This document shows, piece by piece, positions 45,026 through 56,700 of a DNA stretch of 64,000 nt. The stretch is from Schizochytrium sp. TIO01 (taxonomy: Eukaryota; Protista; Bigyra: Labyrinthulomycetes). Positions within the stretch are counted from its first letter, which is position 1; each line of letters opens with the position of its first letter. Location: the NCBI GenBank assembly GCA_004764695.1, contig SMSO01000036.1, forward strand, positions 930,001 to 994,000, given 5' to 3'. The notes under the pieces are model-generated. The model did no database searches. It saw nothing but the letters and a program-made list of their open reading frames with translations, and was not told the DNA's origin. Both the position numbers and the translations under genes were made by a program.

Positions 45026-47110
45026 ATGAAAGGTGGCCGCGGGCCCCGTCTAGACCAACAGCTCTACGCCTCCATACGCGCTCGCCATGATGCGAGCCTT
45101 TCCGAAGAGGTAGACGGCCTCGTTCGTGAGACCAGTGCTCTGCTCACGAAGTCAGCTTCGTCTCCACTCTCCCTAGACGTGTTCTCATCAACATTGGGGT
45201 CTTGCTCGACATCCTCAGCTTCTTCAACAGCTTCATCATCATCTTCGCAAAATGGGGGATCGACCAATCTTGCAGCAGAGTCACCAGTAATCGCAGATCT
45301 CCGCAAAGCCATGAAAATGCTCGAGCAGAAGGAGGCAGATCTGGAGCTTGCAGCCAAAATTGGCGACGCTCTCTTTCAAGAAAATTCACGATTGCGGAAG
45401 GAAAATCAAGGATCTGAATCTTTACGTGATGAATTAGATGCTCGCGAAGACGAGTTAATCGCTGCTAAAGAAGAACTCAGAGCAATGCAACGAAGGTCAC
45501 AGCGCCTGCTAGAAAGCCTCCAAGAGGCAGACGCAACAAACCAGGAACTCGAGACCATGCTCGAGGCTGCTGCACAGCAAGGTTTCACGTTGTCGTCATC
45601 TAGTTCAAGATCCCAATCTCCTCCTCACAGCTCTGTACTCACGAGCTCGTCCGAAGGGGGGATAAAATTCGAGTCCTTTCATCGACTACAGCAAACTTAC
45701 CCAACCCAATCGAATTTGGAAACATCAATACAACCAAATAGCAAAGATACTGATAGCGTTAGTGATAACTACATTAGCGGCAGCAATTCAACGGCGCATA
45801 GTCCGGACATGGGCGAAAACATCGAATCTAGTTATTACAACGATCAAAGCAACAACGAGAGCCCAAATCGGCAACAGCAACAACATCTAGCGAGTGGTGG
45901 CAAACATGGAGAGCAGACGCACATGTTTGTTTCTACAGATACTAAAAGGAACCTCTACGTGGACACATTCCAAAGTACGCACGTAGTACAGCGAGGTAAT
46001 CGACGGAGCAGTCTCGAGTCTACGTCAGGTACCGAAGAGCTTGATATAGCGCTAGCAAGTGTTGAAACCTGGCGGAAGCGAGCTCTGGCTGCAGAGCGTG
46101 AGCTTGAAACCGAACGAAAATCCTCTTTAGAAAATGATAAATCTTTGCAACGCCAAATAGAGAGTCTTCGAACAGAACTCGCCCGTGCAAATCAAGAACA
46201 TGAAAAGCTGATGAAGCGTGAAGCCGACTCTCAGATAGCCTCCAAGCATTATACTGATCTCGAAAAAGAAGTCAACTCTTTGCGCAAAAGAGTAGAGCAA
46301 CTGCAACTAGTTAATGATGATCTCCGAGCAGATCTTGACGAATCCCAGGCTGTTCTTGGTGCGCAACAGCTACATCATCTGCGCTCACCAAGCGAAGGTT
46401 CAAGAGGGGGTCCAAATCATTTACCATCGTTGGAGACCGAACTCCAGAGCCTTGATGTGGATGTGTCTACCCCCCGTACAATAACTCACTCCCCGCCAAC
46501 AACTCCTTCTACGCCCTCATCTGAAGAGGTAGATATGCTGTACTTTCACTTTCACATGACCGCGATGACATGTTTAAGCCAGCTGTCAAAAGCAGGTGCA
46601 GCGGCTGACCATGGTCACAAGTCTATGATTTCTAAAACGGCGCTAAATACAATTAACACTATGGACACCAAAGAAATGTATAAGGACGCAATCGCACGAA
46701 ACATCCCTCCGCATCACTGGATAGGATATATTAGGGATTCCTTTGCCCAGGCACATCTTAAGTCCTTGTTGAAACAGAATGCTCCAATTCCCCGCGAGCT
46801 TGCCGCACTGCGAAGTCCGGGCAACGGGCTCGAAAGTCCTATATACACTGATGTGGACTCAGCCTTCGCGATGCCTTTTGAGGGTAGCCAATCGTATCTT
46901 GAGCCGACCTCTGCTTCTTCACCTCAAACTCCAGTACATAGTCAAAGGAGAAGAAGGCAAGTGAATGGATCACCAACGGTTTTTCAACGCCTTCTACATA
47001 CAATGGCCACATCTCCTTCTTCACGAAATATACGTTCTTCGAGCCAAACGAGACCGGCTTCAGAAAGGCGGTGGATATCATCAACAGCTTCACAAGAAGA
47101 TATTATTTGA
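45026..47110 (+). CDS. Long coiled-coil protein with HAP1/TRAK/BICDR-like CC1 box (putative dynein adaptor)
   Basis: LEQKEADLELAAKIGDALFQENSRL, two heptad-rich segments, the motif LPSLETEL, and a small C-terminal helical region. ATG at 45026. Confidence 0.75.
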   Translation: MKGGRGPRLDQQLYASIRARHDASLSEEVDGLVRETSALLTKSASSPLSLDVFSSTLGSCSTSSASSTASSSSSQNGGSTNLAAESPVIADLRKAMKMLEQKEADLELAAKIGDALFQENSRLRKENQGSESLRDELDAREDELIAAKEELRAMQRRSQRLLESLQEADATNQELETMLEAAAQQGFTLSSSSSRSQSPPHSSVLTSSSEGGIKFESFHRLQQTYPTQSNLETSIQPNSKDTDSVSDNYISGSNSTAHSPDMGENIESSYYNDQSNNESPNRQQQQHLASGGKHGEQTHMFVSTDTKRNLYVDTFQSTHVVQRGNRRSSLESTSGTEELDIALASVETWRKRALAAERELETERKSSLENDKSLQRQIESLRTELARANQEHEKLMKREADSQIASKHYTDLEKEVNSLRKRVEQLQLVNDDLRADLDESQAVLGAQQLHHLRSPSEGSRGGPNHLPSLETELQSLDVDVSTPRTITHSPPTTPSTPSSEEVDMLYFHFHMTAMTCLSQLSKAGAAADHGHKSMISKTALNTINTMDTKEMYKDAIARNIPPHHWIGYIRDSFAQAHLKSLLKQNAPIPRELAALRSPGNGLESPIYTDVDSAFAMPFEGSQSYLEPTSASSPQTPVHSQRRRRQVNGSPTVFQRLLHTMATSPSSRNIRSSSQTRPASERRWISSTASQEDII

Positions 47111-47478
47111 TAAATCAAACTTACATCTGAGCCGCTTCTGCATCTTTAATCCATTTGTGATCGAGCAAACGCTGCATGGTACTTTGAGTCAACAACCTTG
47201 ATCTATAGACGACATATCTACAACTAATACTGACAAAGGTAACTTTATAAATAAATCTCTTCAAAAACACCGATGAGTAGGAAAATATTTTCTGTACAAA
47301 GAATGGGACTATCTAAAGCAAACTATTAAAAATCAAATCTAAACATGAGTCTCAATGCTATTATAAATACACTGGATTTGATTTATTTACCTTTATTTAA
47401 TCTATCGATTGCACCAAGCAACAAGAAACTAAATGTACTGTATAGTAAACTAATATATGCATTATGCGTATAGAAAAT

Positions 47479-50400
47479 TTACAGTAGTGATGACCCATGT
47501 TCATCAACCAGAGATATTAATGTAACATATGCCTTGCAAATACTTTGAGCATAGCAAGGAAGTTTGATTGAGACTCCCTTCAACAATAAGCCAAGGTCAC
47601 TGTCATTGCTGATCTCCTCATCATTAAGGTTTTCTAAGATGTTTTGAACCTCTGGTGGCCTAGCGCGGACTTTCACTTTCCGTCCCTCGGCTGAGACAAC
47701 TTCCATTGCAAAGTATGTCCCTGAAGCCTCTTGAGCTTGTAATACAGATATGACTTCTGATGAAATCGAAAATCGCCATCTCGCAGTTTGACAATTTGCC
47801 TGAGTTTTCTTGGCCCACCCAATCCGACGGATGGTCCCTTTGACGTAGCCTATTTCATCAGATTGATTGGTTTCTTCGTCTTCGAGCTGCCTAGACTTCG
47901 AAAACTGGAGAACGTTCAACTCAACAGGGAGAGAAAGTGATCTCTCAAAGGCCTTTGGAAGTTCCACAAAACGGAACAAAAGTGGCAATACTTGAGTTGC
48001 ATTTCCTTGGCCATTTACAACGCCAGAAAAACCTGTTCTGTCAGGATCATCCGGTATAACACCGGGATGATCCTCACTTCTACACCATGAGACCGTGTAA
48101 TTGTTTTGTTTTTCCTCCAAGGATGATGAATAAGAAGACAGTACCATCTTCCCAATTCGACTTGGGGCACTCTTCATTTCAGTTTCTACAGTACGTTTGA
48201 GACCCCCCTCAGGTGCCCATTTTAGCACTTCGACAACAGATAAAGAATCAGTACAAAATGTGAATCTGGTTTCTTGGAGGACAGAGCGCACGTAGAGCCA
48301 TCCACCAACGATACCAACATCTTTAACAGTTGCATTCATCCGAGCGTCTGGAATGTATAAATGACATACAGTGCAGCTGGATGCCTCCGTCCACGGTGAG
48401 ACAAAAAAGCCTTTCTTGGCAGGGTACAATACTCGGCACAGAAGATTACAACGTCTTTGCACATTTTCAAAGTAGAGGGTGGCTGAGGGGAGGATAGGAA
48501 ATAACGATGCGTGTATCGTAGATTCCAATAAGGTGGTAGATGCATCAGCTGGCAAGAGTAATGTTGAGATGCAACTTTGGTGCACTAAAATATTTGAAGC
48601 TGCAGACAAGTAATCACTCCAATTGATGTGCTTCTGTATGCGCTGGGGTCGGCAAGTCTCTCGTCCACTAAATGGACGAGAGCAAACAGTCCGAAGTTTG
48701 GAAAACTCAAACAGCGAACCATTACCTTCACTAATGGCTCCCATAAATTGAAAGACATGTTGTGGAGCCACTAGAATTTCACAAAACCATTGTTGGGTTT
48801 CCGAAAGTGTCAAAGGAGAGGCGACAAGTATTGAACTGTATCGAGTAGCAGGTGGGGCCAAATTAGCTTCCAGGATCGCCTCTCCATTCTCTACTACCAA
48901 CGCGTCTCGTAAAACGGTTGCCACGATGTAGCCCCGTAAATTTTCAATTGTTTTCCGCGGGGAAGATGGCTCTAAAAGTGATTGCCACACTTCCTCGTCT
49001 TGAGATGGAATTGCGGTCTCTCGCTCAACTTGCTCTGATTTTGCAGAGGAATCGTTAGCGCATACACCAGTCTTTCTAGCTTCCTTTGTCATCACAACTG
49101 AACTAGGCCTAGTCTCTTTTGACTTTGCCCAATCTTTGGTTGGAAGGGCCTCTGGACGGGATGCGTTGTGTTGCTTAATGGTGACGAGACCAGATGCAAC
49201 AATTGTAGAGTGGCGAGACTCAATGCTGCTGGTATGTGGTATAACAACCCAAGGCCAGCGCAAAGAAACGAGGCATTCGTTAAGGTCTGAAGCAACCTCA
49301 GCGCCTTTTAGATGGCCTAATTCCTGCAGCTGTTTTGAAATTAAGTGGTACGTGGAAGGTTCGTGCGCTCCATCTAAATCATGAAAAACTGCTCCTGCTC
49401 CTGATGGCGATTCTGCAATGCTTTCATGTACACCCATTCTGGGAAGGAGGACGCGCACAGGGAGACCCGGTATAAGCTCAAATGATTGCAAGGAATCACA
49501 TTTCTGTTTTCTGCCGTCATCAACAGAAATGACAATTGCATCAAGGACCACGTGTCTGCCAGACCGGGCGGCTTTACTGACATACACTTCGCAATAAGCA
49601 GAGTCCAGCTCGAAGTCTTCACAGTGCGCCTGCTCAGAAAGTCGCTGTGAGAACTTTGACCGTGCTTTGCTCATTAGAGACTGAAGACGCCCCACTATAC
49701 CAGATTGTCGGTTAGCATAAGAGGCAGAACTTGCAATACGACGATGTGATGCTGATTTAGCGGTATCCGATTTATTATCACGGCGTTTGTGATTCATATG
49801 GATAGCCTGGTCTTTTCGTAATAGGGCAGCTACAGTCTCAGCTGATCGAGAGGGTTGCTCTTGCTTGTGTAACTCGGTAGCTATCCATGTAGAGCCTGTT
49901 CTTGTGTGAGAGTCATTTCTCTGATCAGGCTCATGGACATGAGAGTACTTGGGCCCTGAATTCATGTCTTTATTAGAAGATTCCTGTTCAACTTGAATTG
50001 GAGTATCCTCAATATCACTGGGTGGGCTGTGAGTGTGACCAGGCTCATGTTTTATTCGATTGGATTGGGATGGGTAAGGCGCAGTAGCACTATAATCTTC
50101 AGGTAACATTCCAGGGTCATCATCAAGATCCTCAATTTCCTCGATCTCGCCAGTTTCTTCCACAAGAGAGGTTTGCGCCTTACTTATTGGCACGAGACCA
50201 GCACGACGGCGCCGGCGCTTTGCACTCGGACCGTTTCTCTCGTTTTTAGCCAGAGCAGAGCCAAGAAACGCACTTATGCTGCTTATACCTCCGAAGGACC
50301 CATCTAAAGTTTTGCTTTGAGATCTGGCATCATTTCTTGGAACAGCTCGTTGCGGGTGTAGCTTTTGCGACATTCGCGACGGACGGGCCCGCTTGCTAGA

Positions 50401-51423
50401 CGCGTTCTTAGATCGCCGTATAGGCCGAAATTGTAATTCGTCCTCATCCGAGTCAACGAGATCATCTTCATCGTGCATTTGTCTTCGAACGAGATCTGCC
50501 ATATGCATTTTGGACACGGTTTTCCGCTGGTTTGTTGGCTCTTGTTGGTGTTGCTCTAAGCGAGATTTGTGCGCAGCTTTGATATTCCTAATTTCTTGAA
50601 ATTGTAAATCAATTTTAGCTGAAAGGCCCGCCTGGCTTCCCTGGCTATCCTGGCTTCCCTGGCTACCCTGGAAGTCACTATTGCTAAGGTTTTTATCAAG
50701 GCCAACAATAGAAGTCTTTTGCGAAGAAGCAGCAATGAGACGTGCAGTTTCAGAGGCACTGCGTGCCATCATAGCTTCAAAGGCTTCCACATCAGATGTC
50801 TTTTGATCAGCGTTAATAAGTAGACGGTCCCTAGACGCAGATTCGACCTCGTATTGCTCAAGGTAACGTTTTGTTCGAGCGGCAAATTCTCGGCGGCTTT
50901 GCGATATGGATGATGCTCCATCATCGCTGCTTATGGAGTGATTGCTGTGACTTGCTTGTCGTTCCAGCACAGAGCTTGAAATACCGATTGATGCATGGGA
51001 GGCTGACTCTTCCGAAGAAGCGCTTGCATGAGTAATTCCCGAAGCAGAGCGTAGCTCATCATGTTTGAATTCCAAGTCAGAGTGCTCACTGGGGTTTCTG
51101 GTTTGTGCGGCAACTTCTGCATTCTCACCTTCGTCGGAGGCGTCTTCTGAGACAGCTTTCAAGGTGATTTTTGGTTTCTTGGCGTTCTTAGCGACGTTTG
51201 ACTGTGCTTTAGTGGTCTTATGCGTAGAAGACGAAGAGGATGCCTTTACCGAGGCATATTTGCTCAGTAGTCTCTGCTTAAACTGTCCATGCTCTTTGTC
51301 CTCGTGGAACCTGACTAGAGAAGACGAGGATCTTTTTGGTTGCTGCACAGACGAAGCCGAGGCTGTTGCAGAAGATGTTTGTTCTTCCCTGGCCCTCTCC
51401 TGTCGCTGCCGCTTGCCCGCCAT
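47479..51423 (-). CDS. Large protein with a disordered N-half and a folded C-half; tentatively SPIDR (DNA-repair scaffold)-like
   Basis: ORF of >1300 aa from ATG 51423. GIVGRLQSLMSKARS, VRVLL, VSLRWPWVVIP and RRCNLLCRVLY recall, from memory, conserved blocks of SPIDR. It also has an SQ cluster (QGSQGSQDSQGSQ). The CDS is well supported; the family call is tentative. Confidence 0.6.
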   Translation of the reverse strand: MAGKRQRQERAREEQTSSATASASSVQQPKRSSSSLVRFHEDKEHGQFKQRLLSKYASVKASSSSSTHKTTKAQSNVAKNAKKPKITLKAVSEDASDEGENAEVAAQTRNPSEHSDLEFKHDELRSASGITHASASSEESASHASIGISSSVLERQASHSNHSISSDDGASSISQSRREFAARTKRYLEQYEVESASRDRLLINADQKTSDVEAFEAMMARSASETARLIAASSQKTSIVGLDKNLSNSDFQGSQGSQDSQGSQAGLSAKIDLQFQEIRNIKAAHKSRLEQHQQEPTNQRKTVSKMHMADLVRRQMHDEDDLVDSDEDELQFRPIRRSKNASSKRARPSRMSQKLHPQRAVPRNDARSQSKTLDGSFGGISSISAFLGSALAKNERNGPSAKRRRRRAGLVPISKAQTSLVEETGEIEEIEDLDDDPGMLPEDYSATAPYPSQSNRIKHEPGHTHSPPSDIEDTPIQVEQESSNKDMNSGPKYSHVHEPDQRNDSHTRTGSTWIATELHKQEQPSRSAETVAALLRKDQAIHMNHKRRDNKSDTAKSASHRRIASSASYANRQSGIVGRLQSLMSKARSKFSQRLSEQAHCEDFELDSAYCEVYVSKAARSGRHVVLDAIVISVDDGRKQKCDSLQSFELIPGLPVRVLLPRMGVHESIAESPSGAGAVFHDLDGAHEPSTYHLISKQLQELGHLKGAEVASDLNECLVSLRWPWVVIPHTSSIESRHSTIVASGLVTIKQHNASRPEALPTKDWAKSKETRPSSVVMTKEARKTGVCANDSSAKSEQVERETAIPSQDEEVWQSLLEPSSPRKTIENLRGYIVATVLRDALVVENGEAILEANLAPPATRYSSILVASPLTLSETQQWFCEILVAPQHVFQFMGAISEGNGSLFEFSKLRTVCSRPFSGRETCRPQRIQKHINWSDYLSAASNILVHQSCISTLLLPADASTTLLESTIHASLFPILPSATLYFENVQRRCNLLCRVLYPAKKGFFVSPWTEASSCTVCHLYIPDARMNATVKDVGIVGGWLYVRSVLQETRFTFCTDSLSVVEVLKWAPEGGLKRTVETEMKSAPSRIGKMVLSSYSSSLEEKQNNYTVSWCRSEDHPGVIPDDPDRTGFSGVVNGQGNATQVLPLLFRFVELPKAFERSLSLPVELNVLQFSKSRQLEDEETNQSDEIGYVKGTIRRIGWAKKTQANCQTARWRFSISSEVISVLQAQEASGTYFAMEVVSAEGRKVKVRARPPEVQNILENLNDEEISNDSDLGLLLKGVSIKLPCYAQSICKAYVTLISLVDEHGSSLL

Positions 51424-52065
51424 TCCTCCCTTGATCAACTCCTCAACACAAGCACGCCTCCCTCTCGCGAGTGAAGGTGCCGCACCGTATTCGAGCAACG
51501 CGAGGCCTCAACTCCGTTCGTGACGATTCTGTTCTGGACTGAATCTGCTAAGAATGCGTGCCTGGGTAGAGTTTACTTGGTGCCTCGCTTCGGCATTTGC
51601 AGGTTGGGTTTGCTGGGTCCTCTTCGATTCAAACAAAGATCCCCGTCTCGTTCATGCTTCGTCTTCGAATCAGTAACTCGACTTTCAACCATCAAGGTCG
51701 TTTAGTCCCTCTCTACCGATATCCATAGGACTCCTATCTCTTGGGCCTTGGGTTCTCCGCCATTTCCTCCTCCAGTTTGCCTGCTTCTTCGCAGGTAAAG
51801 CAGCTCTGCCAAAAAACGGAACGCCTTGAAGCGCGTTGCCAGCTCTGAAACATCTATCTACGCACAGCCTAGCGTAGCACGTCGCTGTCATCAGAGAGCG
51901 TAACGCCCTGAAACTGTGGCTTTGCTCTAGAATCAATGAAGGAAGTATAACTACCGTGCGACTATGGCGGAACCGATTTAGAAATTTAGAAAAAACAAAC
52001 AAAAGAACTTTATAGGCATATTTATCCTTAAAGTTATTCTTTCTGTTTATCTTATTCCTATTATA

Positions 52066-52108
52066 AGGCCTACGTTCTAGTGATTATAATAGGCCTACGT
52101 TCTAGTGA
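52066..52108. repeat. Tandem duplication, 18-bp direct repeat aggcctacgttctagtga x2
   Basis: Copies at 52066-52083 and 52091-52108, each preceded by ttata. Confidence 0.85.
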
Positions 52109-52555
52109 ATCAAAAGAGAACTAAGCCGCGTCAAATTGAAATTGAAGACGCACATGTTGAACTTCAGCATGAGAGAAGAGCAGGAAAATCTACTGCAGAG
52201 TATAAAGATATGATTTAATAAACATACAAGCGGATAAAGCTTAGCTAGATTCACAACAATATCGTATATTTTTAAACTCGCTGGGAAACTTTGTGGAGAA
52301 GCTGAACTGGAGCACCAAAGAAATCTAACGCACAGTCACATAGGTTTACAGAAAGGGCTTCAACTTTCTTCAGCCATTTTCCATGGGTACGGAGAGTTAT
52401 TTATTTTTTCATACTCGTGGATTCAGACTTTGTCATCACTGGCAAAAACTCTCGCACTTCATATGAAGCGAGAGTCTCTATTTCTCATCAATAGATTAGT
52501 GAGACTTCTTCGACATCCATGGGAGCTGGAACGATAGAGCGGAAAATGGGATCAG

Positions 52556-53786
52556 CTAATTAGAAATCATATGGCGCTCGTCAAAATGGCAAAGCAGCAA
52601 CAAAAGATTGTAAATTTTTGCCCATATGTTCAATGGGGACCGGACTTGAGTAATGACAATTGGGTCGCCAACGCGAATTACTCCGTGTTTGGCAACATCT
52701 TGCGCGCCCATATACAAACCAAATAGTGGAGAGGCAGACCATTTCGTGACAGTACCACGAGTTGGTGGGAAGTAATTGGGGAGGCCAACACGTAGACCAG
52801 AAGGTCTGACACGATTTAAAGTCGCCAAAGGCTCAGCTGTACGTAAACCTTTTCGGTATCCTGCGTCACCTGTCTCTTGATTAACGGTGGTTTCTGTGCA
52901 ACGAAAGGAGTCTCCGATAACGCGAAAACCATACTCTCCAATGGAGAGCCCAGCAATGTGATCCTCCACAAATGCCATCTCTGACTCTGTTTCCATAATG
53001 ATATTAGCTCGGAAGTTATCCACCTGAATCTCCGATGCCTTTGACTGATCCTGCATTTGATTTTTAACCGCATCAAGACTTGCTTTTGAAGCAAGCGAGA
53101 ATGGCGAAAGGTCACCAAAACGCATTCCATCTTCAGCCTTTAGATGGGGCAAAATGGTTTGCACAGGTGTGTTTGCCGGATGCCTCGTTGCACCTTTGAG
53201 GGTGCATAATATCCGGAAGCCAGACAGCTCCCGCCCGCTTAGTTTTGAGAGACAGGTTGTTATCCACTTCGAAGCATCTTCCTGAAAAGCTATGCAATTT
53301 GTTGCAGCTCCATACATATCTATTTCTTCGGCCATACTCAGGTTGTTCTCAATTTGAGCTATGTTTAAATACAAAGGCTCAAGGTCACATTGTTTGGGTG
53401 CTTTCAAAATGACGAGGTTATCTTCTATTGAGAAGCTTGTCTCGATTTGAGCGAGTTCAGGGCGCATGCGCTGCGAGACAGGAATTCCATTCTTATTCAC
53501 CACACAGACAACGCGATCAAACAAGACACCATCTTTGCTTACTTGGATGCTTTCGCAGGAGACAGCTCTGCACGACTTCATTGGATAAACTTGAAGTTTT
53601 GCAACTCTACCGATTCTTATGCCTGGTTTTAAACTAGCATATTTTTTGGGGGTCAAGGCCAAGCAACTTCCCCTTATGGCCAAGCCTTGCCTTGCGGATC
53701 TTGTATATAACAAGAGCCGCCAGGACGACAAGAAGAGAGCATGTTGACGTGAGAAAGCGTGCTCTGGGCTTGTGCAAAAGTGACAT
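52556..53786 (-). CDS. MOSC-domain molybdoenzyme (mARC-like) with N-terminal membrane anchor; +1 frameshift at ~53642-53652
   Basis: GRVAKLQVYPMKSC, FDRVVCVV, SQRMRPELAQI, FGDLSPFSLAS..SL, NFRANII, FVED, RCTETTVNQETG, EPLATL, PLFGLYM and GVIRVGD. The ORF-track start is non-ATG; an ATG at 53786 in the adjacent frame encodes MSLLHKPRARFLTSTCSLLVVLAALVIYKIRK, a TM anchor with a basic flank. Confidence 0.88.
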
Positions 53787-56700
53787 CACGTAAACAATCA
53801 CTCTCGTGTGCAACACTGTGTAGGGCTCCGAGAATATTTAGAGCACGCTGCGCTCTGCGCGTGTCGTTTGAGAAGCTACGTGCAACTTGTCTCTGACACA
53901 AAAGACTCGAAGTGGTATTTGGGCTTGCCGGAGTCTCGAATGGTTGTATTTTAAGCATTTTCTGAGGCTTATCTTTTCTCTTTTTTTTTTTAATTTCACC
54001 TTTTTTTAGTCCGCTTTTCAGCTAGTTAGTTTTGACCCATTGTAATACTTCACTTGACCCTACGCTGAGTACATACTATTATGTCTTGGCGTTGGCACTA
54101 CCGAGCCATAAGATGTTACTCAGTACCTAGGTTCTAACTTGAGAGGAGCGAGTGCAGCGTATGCAGAAGAAGGCAGGTAGTACTAGCAGTATGGCAAAGG
54201 AGGAAGATACTTTTTTGGAATACTCAGGCTGCATGATTGATGTATAGATTTTCCTTCTAAACCCGTAACTATGGTTTTACTTTGCAAAGGTTTTGGCCGT
54301 AATAAAGAGTTCGTGTAACATCTATAGGACCAACTCCAAATAAATATATTTTTTATTTTAGAAAAGGTCAATGCAACGAAGATAACAAAATCCTCACACC
54401 CAGATAATTTCAATTGATTTGCACCTCCCTTGCTTTTATATTTATTTCTTATTGTAACTTTCCCGGAGGAGAACGCTATGTTCACTTCGCTAGCGAAAAG
54501 TTAGGCGAAAGAAAGTGGAGGCTAGTATTCCCACCACATAGCGCGATAGTTGAACTTGCCCCAATTGCAGCTAGCTTTTAACCCTCGCAACCATAAAAAA
54601 CTCATTTAAATGTAACTTTTGGATGAAGTGAAGAAATGTGTTGAACTTTCGACTACTTCACGATGTCTTTGGCTATGGGATTCACCGTTCTGCTAGTCGA
54701 CTTTGAAATGAACTTCCTGGCAACTCTAGGGCATTTGGCTTCCAACGAATAATCCGGATTTGCCAAATGCAATTTATGGACGACTTCGCTTTTGAATTCT
54801 ATTTCCAGGGCCAAGGAGATATTGGACATTTCCTTTTCCCTCTGTTTCAAGGAGACTACAAAAAGTTGGCAAATTACAGTTGTAGACACTATCTTGATTT
54901 GCAAGGCCTAATACTCTGAGCCTGCCTATCTCTTGTGGCTCTGATATGTTTAATCGTGCAGAACCGCGATGGTTAGGGCAGAGATACTAGTGCAGTGTGA
55001 GCTTTTGAGCTTCCTCCACAATTTCTGCAGTCTAGCAAATGCAAAAAAAAGTTTGAACGAAGGTATCAACATCAGTTATCTCCCGGCGCTCAAGGTGAAG
55101 CACTCCGCGCTAGGCTAAAGAAAGATACTTTCACGCGCACGTCTTCACAACTGATGTTTCGACAGTCTAACCCAATGAAAGTGGAAGCAAATATTAGCGG
55201 CCGGACTAGATTCTGATCAAAATTACTCGCTCATAGCACATCGCTGGTTTGCGTTGCAGAAGAGCGTGCATCGATTCAAAAATTCGACGATGAGAGTTAG
55301 AACCAACCCCTTTGATAGCATGTATATGGTAAGTATTGCAAAGTTTCGGGTCAGCTCCGACAGCTTAACGCCTAACTGTTTATATATATATATATATAAT
55401 TTATTTTTAAATTAAATATCAACAGCATTTTGTTTATTTGTTTTGTTTCTTCCTTTTGAGTAATTATTCCTTTTAAGTAGCAGGCCAGATTCTGCAGAGG
55501 AAGGCCATCACAGTCAACTTTCTTCAAACCGATTCTTGAATATACGAATTCCTTGCTGGTACTCGCAGGCCCCCTGAGCAGAATAAAAACCTCCATCGTA
55601 TCTCTTGCACCTTTGCACTGATAAAGCTAAGTAAGGAAGTTAGGCCGACCAACATGAGAAAATCGATCCATAAGAGCCTATTAAAAAAAACTTCTTGAAT
55701 GTATCCTACTCAGTAATACACATTAACCTACTATGCGAGCATGCCCTGCGCCTGTGAACCGTTGAAACTTGACTTTCATTTGGTACTCCAGCCAAATCGT
55801 AAGAGGAAGGCTTGCTGAAGATGTCTTAACATGACTCTTATCCTTTGGGGTTGGAAGCGGCCTGCATGGTCAAGTTCGAAATAAATGTATTCAATCTCAA
55901 CCGACATAATAATAAAAGGTGAAATAAAGCAAAACTATTAGTTTCAAGCTGCAAATGATGTCAAGTCAGAGGCAATATTACCGCTCATAATTATTCTTAG
56001 AGCTTTTGAACAAGCAAGTTCGATAATTGCGTTCATGATTAGTCAATTCTTTATAGAGACGATTAGCTCTTGGAAACGTTGGAAACAACCATAGCACACA
56101 AAATTGGTCTATTATCTCTAACTTAGTCACGCCATTGTTTTCTTGGGGGTGCAGTATTCTTTTCCGTATGAAACCTTGCTATTACGGAAATAAGTTGCGA
56201 TTTTTTCTCAAATCCTGTGGCACGCTAAATATAAGGTATCAATTTGCCACAGTAGGTAGGTAGCTAGGTACCTACGTAGATACATAGGTATCACAGATTT
56301 TTTTTCTTTTAAGTTAAAGTTATATTTATATATATATGTAGTATTTTAATTCTTATTAAGAATCAAGAAATAAGAAATAAAATAACTAAAACAAAACAAG
56401 GTGATATTTTGTTTTAAATAGTCAGCGGCCATGATCGAAAACCATCAGAATGCCTGATCTGCTTCATTTCACAACTAAAGAAGACCGTTTCACCTCGTTG
56501 TTGAACATATATAAACCTAAAATTTGATCATGTGCAAAACAGGAAGCTATGCAAAAAGGTGTTTATTAAAGGTGCCCGGGATGTTTCGATTTTACATATC
56601 TTCTTCACCCCTCCCTTTTAAATTAAAAAAGTTTGTAAAAATGATTCATTTTAAAAATTAATAAACTATATAGCCTAAGATGCATTGCACTATATACATA

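Noticed and set aside
52066-52108. Direct repeats as a mini-CRISPR or LTR
   Set aside because: Only two copies with a 7-nt spacer in a eukaryotic context; a simple local duplication.
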